Of a stretch of 64,000 bases of DNA, positions 25,017-43,665 are shown piece by piece; the first letter of the stretch is position 1; each line of letters starts with the position of its first letter. The notes under the pieces were generated by a model, which was not told the DNA's origin, did not search any database, and worked only from the letters and a program-made list of their open reading frames with translations. The stretch is from assembly GCA_030390025.1 (NCBI GenBank), contig CM059432.1, positions 82,772,001-82,836,000 on the forward strand, given 5' to 3'. The position numbers and the translations under genes were made by a program. This stretch comes from Squalus acanthias. Taxonomy: Eukaryota.

Positions 25017-25649
25017 GGGCCTAAAATCCTCAGCCCCACTCCACTGGCAGGAGCATGGTGGAGCGGGCTCTGGTGATTCTGCTCCTGGCCTTTCTGGGGT
25101 ATCGAGGGTCAAGATAGGCTAACTTCATTAGAATGCCAGTGGCAGGTGCCTATGCCACTATTGCTGTATCTTAGAGGGGTGGGGGGAAGGAAAGGTAGTG
25201 CTGACAACCGTTCATGCAACCACCAACACCATCAGCCAACATGACTTTTAATATCTGTCCTCTTTATAAGGGCAATGAAAAGAAATAAAAATGACACCAT
25301 TTTTATAGAGGTCCCGGTCAGGGCCCAGGCTTGGAGCTCCAGGTGGGTCCCACTGCCACCACTTAAAGGATCCGTTTGTTGGGTTCAGCTGGCGCCCAAG
25401 TCACTGGGTGTTAGGAGAGGCTGGGGCGGAGGAATTTTCCAGCGTGGGATTCCCTCCCCAGCCCTGCTCCCTCTGACGTCAGGGGTCATGTTTGGGGTAG
25501 GCGGAAGTTCCACCTCCGCCAGCTCCTGGGTGAATTGATTTTGAGCAAAAGCCCAGTGTCCCTGCGTCCCACCAGAAATCCCACTTCCATCAGGCTCTGC
25601 ATCCAACTTTCACCCCAGAACTCCCACTGGGGCTGAGGAGTTTTGACCT
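25017..25649. mobile_element. Non-autonomous Harbinger-like MITE
   Basis: TIRs gggcctaaaatcctcagcccca / tggggctgaggagttttgacct; 3-bp TSD CAA. Confidence 0.7.
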
Positions 25650-25889
25650 CAAAATCACTACTGCTCTGGGCTTTTACTCAAAAAAGTCAACTGCAAACTA
25701 GCATCTTATACTTTGGTTCAAAACAATATCCATTACCATCCAAAGTTGTTGTGCAATTGATAGACTTGAAACACAGCTGGTAAACCTGTCTCTGAAATAT
25801 ATAATCATAGACATTTTTGTCTGAAGAAATTTGTGGGAAAATTATTTATTTTACATGCCTGGAAAAACGTTCCACTGCCCGGGTATAGT

Positions 25890-26165
25890 GTTGAGTCACT
25901 CAGGTCATGAGGTCCCAGGTTCAATTCCTGCGCTGGGCTAAGTTAGCTGCTATTAGCCAGGGCAGCAGTTGCTGTGTTACAAATCACTTCAGTGTCCTTG
26001 AGCTAAGAATGGAAAAATCAGACAGAAGACGCCTTGCTCTTGATTCCTATCTAGTGCTGGAAAGTGTGTGTGTACATGTCAGGTGGATTGGACATGGCTC
26101 ATCTGTAATGTCCTCCATAGCTGAATAGCCTGCCAACACTTGTTATGAAGGCTCACAAATCAAGA
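25890..26165 (+). mobile_element. Old tRNA-headed SINE family copy
   Basis: aggtcccaggttcaattcctg...agttagctg...ggaaagtgtgtgtgtacatgtcagg. Confidence 0.6.
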
Positions 26166-27320
26166 ACGACAACTTGAGCAAGTCTCAACATGGCTGCTGC
26201 TGCTGCACTCCGCCATGAGTTCAGCGGGGGAACAGGAGTGGAGGGTGGGGGGTGGGAGTTCAATTAAGGAGAAACATTGAATTATTTGTAGATGCATTCA
26301 TGCTGCTCCTTGGAGTATTGAGTTTGATGTGACAGCAGTGATGGAGCAGGAATGATTCCCTCTGCTGCTGTGAGGAGATACTTTCCTATTGTGGAGAGGA
26401 GCGAGGGCGAAAAATTAGAAGCAGTGTTATTCCAGGATACTGTTCGACGCTTTTACTTTGATGGAATGCCACTGCTGCAGTCACATGGTTTTTGCACCTA
26501 AACATAAACAACCTGATCTCCATACAACTAATGGAGCAGAGACCAACTTTTCTGATGGTCTTGTGACCTACAGTCAGAACAACTGCCTCCTCTTCTGACC
26601 ACCAAACACTCTGAGCCACTTCTGTGTACTTGCGTGCATCCAATATGGTGCAGTAGCTCCATGGCTGGGAGGAAAGAAGAGAAGATGCAGAGGGAGTCTA
26701 CCATTAAATTAAACAAAAGCAATTAGCAGCGCAGGGTGCTGGGAGTGGAAATGGAACAAAAAGATGTTGCATTTCCACACTTGGGCTCAGGAACACAATG
26801 AAAATAGCCAATCAAGAGGGCAGCTACTGTGTGGTGAGTTCAAATTACAAACAGCAATGGTTTTCAAATTAGATGCCAATTTTCCCAATGAATACTTGAG
26901 AATAACAGCACTATAGAAGCTTGTCCTGGAGTATTTCATTCAGGTGCCACCTCCTTGTCCCATCGCTATTATATTTCCAGAGCAGCAGTTGCCCTAATTA
27001 GAGTAGGTGGGCCAGGTTCCCAGGCTAGGAACACAAGATGAATGGCAGTGTGAAAAGGGAGGGGATAACAGTAACAAGTGTACTAATAAAGGTGTGAATC
27101 TGCAGCGATTTCAATGACAAGATACCATGAATACATTGAGAACATGGAGGAGGAAGTGGAAATTACTGGTGTATGCAGTAACATTCAATTACTGTAAAAC
27201 AGGAGGGATTTAAAAAATCAAAATATAAATTATTTTTGTGATGGGAAAGTTAATGAAAATATGTTTGGACTTAAAATATATGTTTACAAGTAAGTATGTT
27301 GATATGTAAGTTGTTTATGA

Positions 27321-27672
27321 AAGCTGCACTGTCGGAGGTGCCGTCTTTCGGATGAGACATTAAACCGAGGCCCCATCTGCCCTCTCAGGTGGACGTAAAA
27401 GATCCCAAGGCACTATTTCGAAGAAGAGCAGGGGAGTTATCCCCGGTGTCCTGGCCAATATTTATCCCTCAATCCACATAACAAAAACAGATTATCTGGT
27501 CATCATCACATTGCTGTTTGTGGGAGCTTGCTGTGTGCAAATTGGCTGCCGTATTTCCCACATTACAACAGTGACTCCATTTCAAAAGTACTTCATTGGC
27601 TGTAAAGTGCTTTGAGATGTCCGGTGGTTGTAAAAGGCGCTATATAAATGCAAGTCTTTCTTTTCTTTCTTT
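27321..27672 (+). mobile_element. DeuSINE copy, 5'-truncated
   Basis: Near-identical to 23205-23655 (reverse complement) and 62505-62932; (TCTT)n tail. Confidence 0.85.
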
Positions 27673-28089
27673 GTTATGCTACATTTGTATTCAGTTTTGT
27701 CCCATAAGTGTCAGCTTGTGTTAAAGTTAACATTTATCAGAAGTTTCCAATTTGCAGAACCAGATACTCATTTACAAATATGACCTATTTGCAGCTCAAG
27801 GGACAATCAGTCTAGAACTATCAAACCAGCACGTGGAATTTGAGGGTTCAACATGAAATGGAAACGGGATATTTCAAAAGTGGCATTAACTTTTTTTCAG
27901 TGTACAATTTTCTGGCAACAGAGCAAGATATTTTCCTCATGACACTCACTTCTTGGTGATCAAAATTACTGAAGTAAATTTTGATCAATTTACTAATACC
28001 TGTAATTTAAAAAAATTATGTTGTGACATTTTGTGGACATCAAGGTGAGGAATGTTAGTGCTGGGAAATGCAATTCTGAACTAGATTTC

Positions 28090-28420
28090 AAAAACAACAA
28101 CAAAAAATAGAGCCTTTAACACAGTAAACATCCCAAGGCACTTCACAGGAGCCTTATCAAGCAACATTTGTCACCGAGCCACATAAGGAGATATTAGGAC
28201 AGATGACTAAAGGCTTGGTCAAAGAGGTAGGTTTTAAGGAGTGTCTTAAAGGAGAGAGATATAGAGAGGCGGAGAGGTTTAGGAAGGTAATTCCAGAGCT
28301 TAGGGCCTGGGCAGCTGAAAGCATGGCCGCCAATGGTGGAGCGATGAAAATCGGGGATGCGCAAGAGGCCAGAATTGGAGAAGCGCAGAGATCTCAGAGA
28401 GTTGTAGGGCTGGAGGCACT
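28090..28420 (-). mobile_element. L2 LINE 3' fragment
   Basis: RSTIGGHAFSCPGPKLWNYLP...FKTLLKTYLFDQAF; homologous to 46950-47285. Confidence 0.8.
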
Positions 28421-29334
28421 CAGTGATTTCAGGCACTCAATGTCAGCATTGAGCAATCCCACAAGAAGTATAACACAATGAGATGCAGAGTAAAGCTCCT
28501 GGTGCTCTGTCAAATCCCAATCTCAAAAGATAACCTTCCACTAAAAATGTAATATTTCCACAACAGTCTCTCTTACTGAGATTATTAGTGGAATTTAGTG
28601 GAAAATTAAGGACAGTTTTGTGCTGTGGGTCGATGTCCATTAGAAACTGGATTGAGACTGACTAAGGTCATTTCATATAGGGACCTTTCATCATAAATTT
28701 AAACCCAGGTCCTCAAATTAAAAGGCCGACATCTAAAACTGCACCATCCCGTCTACCTAAGGTGAATTATTTAGGATAAATTAAAGATTATTTGTCATTA
28801 TTAATATCACAAAGTTAATGAAAAGCTAAATTCCGCAGACCAGTAAACTATTATTATTAAACAGGGTCTTACTAAGTGCAAAAGTACTGCTTCATTACTC
28901 TTTCACAGCATTCGCCAATTTTTAAGCACTGATGTCAGGGTGATATTTGCACATCAGCAGCAAAAGCTTCAGCTATTGGTAACATAAATATTTATTTTCT
29001 ACATATATTAACACTTCTTTTGCCCTGAATTTGTGAAAATGGCAAAACTAGGCTTGAGCTGGCCCATTGCACAAACTCACCTTGTGCCAGCAGCTCAGAA
29101 GGCTAGCGGTGCCCAGTTTTTTAACAGGAGTCCCTCTCAATAATTTGAATAGGCTACTGGCACACAAAAAATTTGCCATAGGGCTTGACCTGGAGAGTCT
29201 GGCACAATATTTCTTAAAGGACCACAGCTTGCCATTAAAGGAGAAGTTGTGATGGTGACAGAAAAGTGGAATAATTGGTACCAGTCCCTTTTGTGTCATG
29301 AAGGCAGGAAGCCTTCAAACAGTTATACAGCTCT

Positions 29335-29620
29335 CTGGTGGCTCAAGTCATTAAGGCATTGAGTAGCTGAAAGTCCCAGATGCAATCCTCAGTCTGTGGT
29401 GTGTTAGCTGATCTCAGCCAGGATGGCAATAGCGACTCTTCAATTGGCCTCAGGGCCCTTGGGTTAGGGAGGGGGAAATCATCCAGAGTTACATTCCCAA
29501 TCGTTATTCAAAGACAAGTTCTTTAAGTGCACGTATGCAGACATGAGATGTGGACAGGATTGGTTTTGGCTGTGATACTTCCCATCCCTGTTCAGATAGG
29601 CTACTGACCCTCACTGTCAC
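29335..29620 (+). mobile_element. Old tRNA-headed SINE family copy, facing an inverted copy at 29820-30065
   Basis: tggctcaagtcattaaggc...gtgttagctgatctcagcc...caattggcctcag. Confidence 0.6.
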
Positions 29621-31159
29621 TGACGAGACAATAAAAACTGGAAGAGATTTTCAATTGTCCAAAATTGGGTGAGCTTCAGACAAAGGCAGGAGAAGGAATG
29701 GAAAGAAATGGGATTCAAAAAAAATTATTGCTAATTTTCTCCGGCCCTCTTGTGAAGGCACTGATTCTTGCTGGGATTTGGTTCTGAGTATCAGCAGCAC
29801 CTCCACAATCTTGCCCACATGACCAAAAGATGTGCAACCTGGACTGTTGAGTGTTGGCGGCTAACCAACCATGAAGGATACAGACATCAGGACCACTGGA
29901 TATCAATCAGGGGGATAAACTCTGGCTGATTTTTTCCACCCTAGCGCAGGGGTGCTGAGGTGAATTAAATGTACCCCAAATACTGCCCAGATGAGATCAA
30001 TTAACTTAGAATAGACCGCGAATTGAAGCTGGGAGCCTACTGGTCTGAATGGCTCAGTGACTTTACCTGATAGGTCATCAGGAGATGTAGTTTTCAGGGT
30101 TTTTTTTAAGAAATGCAAAATTTAGTTGCTAGTGCTCAGTTTATTATTAATAGAGTAGGGTCAAAAATTCATAATTTTCTTAAAGAGAGTTGATTACCAG
30201 CATTTATTGAAAGGTGAAGAACATAATCTTCATACCCCCAATTGATAGGCCAGTTACACTACAAAGTTTGCGTCAATACATAGTGGTTTTGGCTTCACAT
30301 TGACACAAACGTGTAGATTAATTCAGCCTTGAAATCACATGAAGTGTATTTAGACCAGGGGTGTGACACCACCTCCAGAAGACAGTTCCAAGCCATATGG
30401 GCTTAGCATGTTCTGTAAATTTTAAGAAGTTCCCCAGCAATCCATTGGACCGCCTGGTAGCTTTCTAAGATTATTTTTGAATGTTTTTAATGCTAGCGGG
30501 GAGCCAATAGGCGCATCAACTCTCTCCTAATATTAAAGTTGAACTAGCATTCTGAAGCCAGTGAGTGGAGCACTACACTTGTGAACATTTATGCACTGAC
30601 CTTCAGTCTCACTGTGAAAAGAGCAACATAGGAACCAGCAGCCTAACTCAGGTCTGCCGATTCTGCACGTTATTCTGTGCAGGTAACATTTGAGACCACT
30701 GTACACTTATGATTTGGTTTGAGAATGTTTACAAGATGTTTTGCTGCTTCATAATACTAATACTTTGATGGTAAATACGGGTCACTATTTACTGTGGGTT
30801 TAAACTAGGGTAACGGTGAGGGTAGGGAAAGATTACAAAGTCATTAATCTTCTGCCTGTTTGTACAGTCATAGAGTCATAACAGCACAGAAGGAGGCCAT
30901 TCGGCCCATTGAGTTTGTGCCTGTAAAACAATTAAATGATTTTCACAAGTTGTAGTGCATGAGTGATTAATCAGAATAAGGCCACACGTGGGAAGATAGT
31001 GGCAACATGTAGAAGTGAAAAAATATTTTTATAAACTATTTTGATGCATAATATTGAACAAGTTTTTGCTTCTAAACCTCTATGTAGCTTCAATTAATTG
31101 CTATAACAGAGTTCTCACACATATATGCACCATTTCATCAAAAAATAGCAGTTGAGGCT

Positions 31160-31480
31160 TCACTGATGGTTAAGTTGGTAAATATACCATGTGTGTACTC
31201 AACCAAACAGGCTATACTATAAAGGTCCCAAATTTGATTCTTTCTATGTGCTGAGTTAGCTGATCTCAGCATGGGTGGCAGTGGGGGCATGACAATTGCC
31301 CTCAGTGTCCCCAGATTAGAGACAGGGAAAAATCCCAACCAGAGTTCCTGTACCCGATTGCTATCCAGTAACACCTGCTCAAGAGAGCGCATGTGTAGAC
31401 ACTAAATGAAGAGCAGATATGGATCTTGTCAGCGATACTCCTTGTTTTCAAATAGTTGCCAGCACTCATTATCTAGACTG
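31160..31480 (+). mobile_element. Old tRNA-headed SINE family copy
   Basis: aaggtcccaaatttgattc...gtgctgagttagctgatctcagc...gattgctatccagt. Confidence 0.65.
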
Positions 31481-31599
31481 ATAAAGTAGTGCTCTTTGGC
31501 CTAATCCAGGTGGAATATCTAAAACAAAAGCTGCATATCCACAAACCATGTCTAATTAGACATTAGCAAAACAGCCATATTCCCATACTTACACAGCTC

Positions 31600-31605
31600 T
31601 TTATT
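31600..31605 (-). other. Candidate PRDM14 polyadenylation signal
   Basis: AATAAA on the minus strand about 620 nt after the stop; not otherwise validated. Confidence 0.3.
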
Positions 31606-32221
31606 TTTAAAGGAAGCAATCAAAAACTGGACTTTTACTGTCCAGTTTTCATTCCTCAGTGTTACTGGGTGGTCATCCCCTGAACCAGCTGTCCAGTTCA
31701 AAACTAGATGGATAATCACTCCAGTGGATTCATCCTGCAGCACGAGCCACCACTTTCAGAAGAGAGGAAGCGAGAACAGATGGAAAAACTGTGGGGGGGA
31801 AAATGGGAGTTGACCAGTTTCTGATAGACACATGTGCAGTGTTAAGTAGATCCATCAGATGATAGCACAAGTACAGATTGCATTGACCTATGCACTTTCA
31901 AACTGAATGAATAATGCTATAGTATTTTCCATGCAGACCAAAGAAATGGCTATTTTAGCCTTCGTTAATATATTGATTTATGAGTGACAAAGCAAATGCA
32001 GTGAAGCTGGTAAATAAGTACTTGTGAACAGTGAAACAATCCCTCCACTCCCAAATAGAAAATTGATGATCCCTTAAATCTTAAATGTCAAGGCAGTTGG
32101 CAACTTACTAATGCCAAGTTTAAACAGACCAGTTTCATTTGGCAAGCACAAAGAGAATGCTACAACCAGACATATGGTATTGGTTCCCCTTTCACCCACC
32201 ACCACCACCACTTCCTGGTCA

Positions 32222-37078
<4,857 letters not shown>

Positions 37079-39360
37079 CCCAATTGGAACTGTGCAGCAA
37101 CCTGATCGCCTGTGAATGAGCAGGGAGAAGTGTAACCAGTGTGAATACATGTTTACATTAACATCAGTAAAGACCACTTCCTTCGCACAAATCCCTGCAA
37201 TCATGGACCAAACTAATCACAGTAATGGTTAAGAAAACGCACCGTGACCATTCCCCTTTTGTGACAAAGTTAGTTCAACCTCCTTCTCAAAAGATGGGTT
37301 TGTACAAGTTGGGTTCTTTATGAAATGTGGATTTTAAAAGCAGACGTTTTCTCAATAGTTTACAGGATCTCGATGACTTTCCCTGGAATGGTCAGTCTGA
37401 TAATATTTTCGTTTTGACATTTGCCGAACAAACTTCTACCCCATTGTGCCTGGAACACCCCTTTCTATTTCTCACCTGATGGGGGGACCTGTGTGATCCC
37501 GAAAGTTTGTGTCATTCACATCCAGTAAGTTGGGTGGACAAAAGACAGCACACTGTGGTGTGGGCTGCGTTTCTAGTGAGCCAACATCACACAGACAGGC
37601 TGTTTCCAAACGAGTGTTAGCAGAGCTGAAAGAAATGACAAGCCAGGAGTTAAAACATTCAACAACGGTTCAATTAAAAATGTCCGGATAAGGAATATCA
37701 AACCACAGTTGAATAGCAATTATCAAATGAAGACTGTACATATATTGGACACAATTTACTGTAAAAATATTTTATGAAACACATTAAAGTTCTACTGTAA
37801 AACATTATTGTCGAAATTTGCCAATTGGTTACTACAATAACTTTAAAACCAAATGCAGCAATTCTTAGCAAACAAGAATTTCATACTTGAAATTAGAATC
37901 CTGAGGAATTCGAAGCAATGAAATTTACATTCAACAATTTGAAATTGCATTCAAGAGAGATCAGGACAGTTTAGTTTGCAAATCTAAAGAGGTTTCAAAA
38001 CCAATGTAAAACTCATCGTTTTGACTAAGTTTATCGTCCTTCTACAAACGAGGTGAAAACATCCTACCTGTTCTATGTGTGCGGGAACAAATTAAAAAAA
38101 AACTTTTAGCTTCTGTTAAACAAAAGCCTGGAGAACAATCGGGTCCCAAATTATGGCGCGACTCTAAAGACAGATAATTAACAGACTACCGGCTCGTTTC
38201 TAAATGAAGGGCCTGCAGCGATTAACCAGTTAAGGGCAGAAACAAAAGCAACGCCGCCCGCAATCCTCCGAGAAGAAGAATACATTGGCCTTTACAGCAA
38301 AGTCTCTTTTAAAGTAAGATCTGATCAGGAAGCGATTGCACTGGGGCCCGGATCACTGGCAGAATTGCCTGGGAATCATTCATCAGGTTTGCACATCTGG
38401 AGAAGTTATTATCCCCAAAACAATATCGGTTTGGTGTAAAGACCACATATTCCCCCACAGACCTCGAATGTTGTACCTTTTGAAAAAAACTGCTGTCATT
38501 AAATATTGCCGCGGTTTTTCTCTGCTGTATCCGAGAAATCGCAGTGAGGAATAATCGACCAGTCGTTACCGTTTCCTTGAAAAGGCAGGAAATTGTCACC
38601 CTCACCGCACGGATGAGGAATTCGCTTTACTAAATTATTAGACCAGCGCTTCAGCCCAAAGAAACAAACCACACATATTTGTGCCACCCTTTCACTCGTT
38701 CCTAACACTTATGTTGGAGTTTAAGCACCATTATGAATTGTATCAACATGGTTTGTATTTACGAATGAGCTAACGATGTATCACTTTGCAGTTAATTTGT
38801 AATGGTGTGCGCCTTTCAGTAAACCTAAACAACACAATCTACCCCGAGGAGTTTAATTATATAAAATCACTTTTTAAAAAGGCTTGTTACATTCTCACTC
38901 ATTCTGTCCCCTCACATCCCTCCTTATTCCAAAGTGACCAGTGGGACGACAATTCCTTAACTGAAAACGGGTGTAAAACATGGGAGAACACTAACATTTG
39001 CAGAGCAGAAAGTTGGCAATCTACACATTCAGCTCAAAGTGCATGAATTCGATATTATCCATTGGATCAATATTCGCCAATAATTGAAACAAAACAGGGT
39101 CGTGACATTTAAATTAAAGAACATGGGGTCAATCGCAGAGGTCAGGGGGAACCAGATAATGAACACATCTAACGCCTTGGTTAAGTATTGAGTAAACAAA
39201 ACGCCAGTTTGATCAATGACTTTTTAATACTCTCACTGGTGTAAGACGGATGTTAGAACTCGACCCCTATTTTTTTTTAAATAATTGCTCTTTAAAGAAT
39301 GACACTCTCTTTACCGGGGTCACTAAAAGAAGCATTTCAAGACGAGCTGCTGCCACTTAC

Positions 39361-39540
39361 CTGTTTTGCTATAAAGTCCTTCAGGACATTGGGTGCAAAC
39401 TGTAATTGCGAACTGTTTGGCGAGTTCCTTTTCTGTGCCAGTTGGGTGATGGGGACAGGTCTTGTATTTTGCGGCTGGATGCGGAGCTGCTGTTTGCTGA
39501 AAGCTTGTGTTGTGCTTGTGGTCAGCTGAGGGCAGATGGC
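39361..39540 (-). other. PRDM14: Probable non-coding 5'UTR exon 1 of PRDM14 (5' boundary approximate)
   Basis: Consensus donor CAG|gtaagt at 39361/39360 just downstream of a CCAAT/CpG-rich segment; the first coding exon has an acceptor upstream of its ATG, so an upstream exon is needed. Confidence 0.6.
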
Positions 39541-39960
39541 AAGAGAGTGAGGAACAGGAGGGGCTGCGGCATCACTCCTCGCCGCGGCTATTGGTCAGAG
39601 GCAGAGAGAGCGGGGGAGAGAGAGAGAGGGAGATCTCCTCGGGGACTGCACTTTAGCACATTCGAAGCTCACAGCCACCGCATCCACTGGCTCTCGCAAA
39701 CGGAGACTTCCTATTTCGACAGCGCCGTAGCTGACACCAGACTGAGATGTGGTTTTATCAGTGTAAGCCTATCGAATGATGTCCAACGCAACACCAAAAC
39801 ATCAATTTAAAATCTTCCGAGCCCCTCTCTGGTAAAATGTAACATTCATACCAAAACCAGCGGGATGATCCAGATGTGCGCACTCGGTCATCTCGCCAAG
39901 GCCAGCGGCCTTTAAAGAGAAGCGGACATTTCGCTCCTCAGGCCAAGACAGGAGAATTCC
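39540..39960 (-). promoter_or_regulatory. Putative PRDM14 promoter with NF-Y CCAAT box
   Basis: Minus strand CTGACCAATAGCC (ATTGG at 39590-39594), local CpG/GC enrichment and a GA-rich tract. Confidence 0.55.
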
Positions 39961-41574
39961 TAAAAAACAAGGAACCCATCGTTTGGTAAAACAGCAGAAG
40001 GTTTAAATCAAGTGCCAATCCCCTCCCAGTGATATAACACTGATCTATCTGTTACCCATATTTATTAAACATTCATATGATCCATACATAAAATGAATCT
40101 CAGCATCGATTCACACGCAGTTCAAGTGCCTCTTTACTAAGTCCCTACACTAGTATATCTCGCACTGACTGTACCTGCTTCAGAATGTCTCAGAGGGATT
40201 GCCATTGGATTCTATAAGATCACTAATATATAGACAATACACTGGGTGTTAAATATTCGATACAGCCCATAACAACTTGGCCCAAGACCAGTAAATATGG
40301 ACGAAATCAAAGCTTTTGTCAAGATTATGAAAATGAAAATGTGCAGCTGCGTATTTAGTGAAACCTGTCAAACGGCAGGGGATAGAAATGCCCCATTTAA
40401 GGCAACATGTCAGCCAATTATTACAAAACAGAATTATTAATTATATTCTGCATCAAAATAATGTGAAATATAAACGGGGGGAAAACTTCAATCGGAATGA
40501 AAACGAAATGATTTTACTTCTCAGGAAGGCCGGAGTAAATCGGCCGATACAATCCAGGACTGCGTCCCGCAGCGATACAGCGAGTATGGCTGCAGCACAG
40601 ATCGCATTACACAACAGATCCGAAACAATAAACAGCAAACATAATAACGGTTGCTTTGTTTCTGGAGGAAGATACAGGCAGTGATATAGAGAAGTAACCT
40701 TTAGTATGAAATGTACATGTATTTAAAATAGTAGTTTGGAATACTGAGAAAGAATGTCCCTCCTTAGTGGCAATTGCAAAGCATATAAACTAAAGAGGGG
40801 ATTGTTTTAAGGGAGGTTGTGAGTTCGGATTTCATTTGAAATTTACTTTTAAATGTCCAAACTTTTGTTGGTGCAGACAGTATTAAAGTTAGCAGCGATT
40901 GTTTAGTCATTTCCTAGAGTTATTTATATAACTAAACGCCTGCTAAAGGGAGATGACCAAGTGGTCAAAGTAATCAGATTGGTCCATTTATTGTTTATAA
41001 CATTCTTCTTCTTAGGCAGTCCCTCGGGGTGGGTGGGGTGCTTGGGTTGGTGTGCGCTGCTGTATAACATTACTATATATCCCATAAACCACAATCGGAA
41101 GATTTTTAACATGCAATCCACAGAGCAGTAGATTTTAAGATCAGCAAGTACCGGGTTAATACAACAATACAATAAAACTGCGGGATGCAGGGGATTTTTA
41201 GATAGATTTTCAAAAGTGAAAGAAAATAGCAACAAGTAACATGACCAGTTTGATCTGGTTTAATAAAACGGAGTGAATTCCAGCATTTGATGTTAGATAG
41301 TAAATAATATTTCATCTTCTATTAAAAATAAGTAGAAGGATGACCAGTCAGAAAGGCTGTCTACTCACATGTGCAGTTCGACGAGTGTCACAGGAAGACA
41401 AGGTACATTTCAGGTCATTGGATAATGAAGCTTATTTACATAGAAACGGAAGACCGAATGTTTGGATTGGAAATAATGAATTTATGCTTTACGACTGTGA
41501 CATTAACATCGAAAAACACCATTCGTTGGGTGCATGGTTTGTTGAGGAGAGAATGTTTATCTCAAAATCCGAAA

Positions 41575-41735
41575 TTAAAATAGAAAATGCTAGAAATACA
41601 CAACAGGTCCGTCAGCATCTGGAAAGGGAACGCGATGTTAACGTTTGTGTAGAGACCATTCCTCACAACTAGTTGTACTCAGAACATTTAATGTTCAGAT
41701 GTTGAAGGGCTCGCTGTGTATTTCCAGCATTTCAA
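41575..41735. mobile_element. Penelope-like pseudo-LTR inverted-repeat remnant
   Basis: aaatgctagaaatacaca...tgtgtatttccagcattt. Confidence 0.6.
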
Positions 41736-41934
41736 GAGGTCAGAGGGATGGGTGAAATAAAGGTTATATCTCGGTCCAAAGTTAGGCTATTTTTTTTGCA
41801 GAACGCACTTGGCATGGAAAATAATTACATTCCTTAATGAAATAAAGCTTTTTTTACACCACAGGCGATCTGGCTGCAGTTGTGATATTTTTATTCGAAT
41901 AGGCATTAGATTTACAGCAGTGCTTTGTACTTAA

Positions 41935-42110
41935 ATAAAAACAGAAAATGCTGGAAATACTCAGCAGGTCAGGCAGCATCTGTGGAGAGAGAAACAGAGT
42001 TAACGTTTCAGGTCGATGACCTTTCACCAGCCAACGATCGGTTTCTCTCTCCACATTTTCTGTTTGTATTTCAGATTTCCAGCATCCGCAGTGTTTTGCT
42101 TTGTATTAGT
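41935..42110. mobile_element. Penelope-like pseudo-LTR remnant with minimal hammerhead core
   Basis: Same sequence as the pLTR split at 50385/54621; minus strand CTGGTGA-aaggtc-atc-gacct-GAAACGTT-aact. Confidence 0.7.
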
Positions 42111-43399
42111 GCTTTGTACTTGATAGTTTGTGCTTGAGATCGCTCAGTTTCTTTAAAAAAATGTTTTCTTACTTATTTTTAGTGGTCCCCGTGACACCTG
42201 CCTATCCCCTGCAAAATAGGTGACGGCACAGTGTGATCGCAATAGTTTGAAATCTTTACTTTAAAGAGTTAAAATAACCGCCTACAAGATCTACAGTCAT
42301 AAACACACACATATACCTTTGAGCTGAAACACTAGGTGTGGTTTGCTGGAAAACGAGGAACTAGTGACTATTTCAGTCAATTGACTTCACAGAGGAACAG
42401 TCTGTATTGTATGATATCACCGGGCACTAGACCCACGAATATTGTCTGCTGACTTCACACAGCACTGGTTATCGTCTGCTGAGATGTGGGTGAGTGTTTT
42501 TCTCCCTGTTTTTAGAGTCACACGTGTAATAAAACAAACGCTGATGACAATTTTCAGCCTATCAAAGTAAATGAATGATCCAAGAGTTATAGAAGTGACT
42601 TAAAGTCACTTTTATCCTCAATTTTTCCGTTTGACCCATTAGAAGATGTTGCTCTTAGTGTGGTGCACCAAATCAGGTGTCGCAGTGAAGCGGTTTCCAC
42701 TTCCCTAAAATGCGAAAGTTGCGGTGTGAAAAAAGGATTCTCACCGGCGACCTGACTACACACTGCACGAGAACATGGGAAGGAAAGCTTCAAAACGTCG
42801 GTGTTTGATACCCAAACAGCAGCGATCAGACCGAAACCTAATGCAAGGCCACCATTCACTAAAAAACGGGTTTAGATAAGAAACTGCAGAATAAGAAAAG
42901 TATTTGTGCCTCATTAATTCCACTCCAAACATTTTTTCACTATTGTGGACCACCCAAAAATGTTTAATCTCCGGAGGAGATGAATAACCACAGATAAAAC
43001 TCTCAACACTTGGACATTTCTTTGTAACCCCAAAGGTAACCAGCACACATCCCAGCCAGGTGTCAATCGAATATAATATTAACCTACTGGCATTCAAGAA
43101 ATGAATTTCGAATGGTCCCAACCAGACAGCAGGCAATTTCTTGAATGAAAACAAACTCAATTCTCAAATCTTAGACTTTTCAGTCACTGTTCAATCCTCA
43201 CTGTTATCCCTTCTTCAGCTTCTCCAATTAGTTCATTGATCGAACACCACACACAGTATTATCTGGTCAATGTGCCTTTTTATTATTAATCATCAGTTTC
43301 TTCCTTTTTCTGTCAATTCTCACCTCCCATTCCTCCTCTCCCTCCAGCATCTCTCACAGGTGACCTAGACAATAACTGTAGGCAGGCTATTCTCGTGCA

Positions 43400-43665
43400 C
43401 GGGGATATGGTGAAGGCAAGCAGGGGCCATTACAAACACTCCACTCCTATCCTTATCTGATCTCCACATATGTACACTTTAAAGAGGAGACCCTGTATTG
43501 TAATCAGGATTTTTATTTCCCCGGATATAGGTTCTGAGTTCAGCTGTAGCAGTCCTGCCGCTGCGCTGGCTGAAAACAGCTAACTCAGGACAGCCCAGGA
43601 AATTGAACCAGGGACCTTCCTTGCTTGAATGGCTCAATTACTCACTTACTTAACCAGCTGAGACA
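43400..43665 (-). mobile_element. Old tRNA-headed SINE family copy
   Basis: cagctaactcagg...ttgaaccagggaccttcc...atggctca. Confidence 0.55.

Noticed and set aside
27669..27684. SOX-OCT motif ctttgttatgctacat
   Set aside because: Formed partly by a SINE (TCTT)n tail, and the POU half is poor.
29040..29310. Possible exon or conserved element downstream of PRDM14
   Set aside because: Unique-looking sequence, but no recognisable peptide or paired splice sites; it cannot be supported without alignment.
30355..30702. hAT-type MITE (caggggg...ccactg)
   Set aside because: The terminal match is too short and no 8-bp TSD was found.
37079..37204. 42-aa N-terminal extension of PRDM14 suggested by the ORF track
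   Set aside because: It crosses a polypyrimidine tract and AG acceptor at 37110; ATG 37078 fits better.
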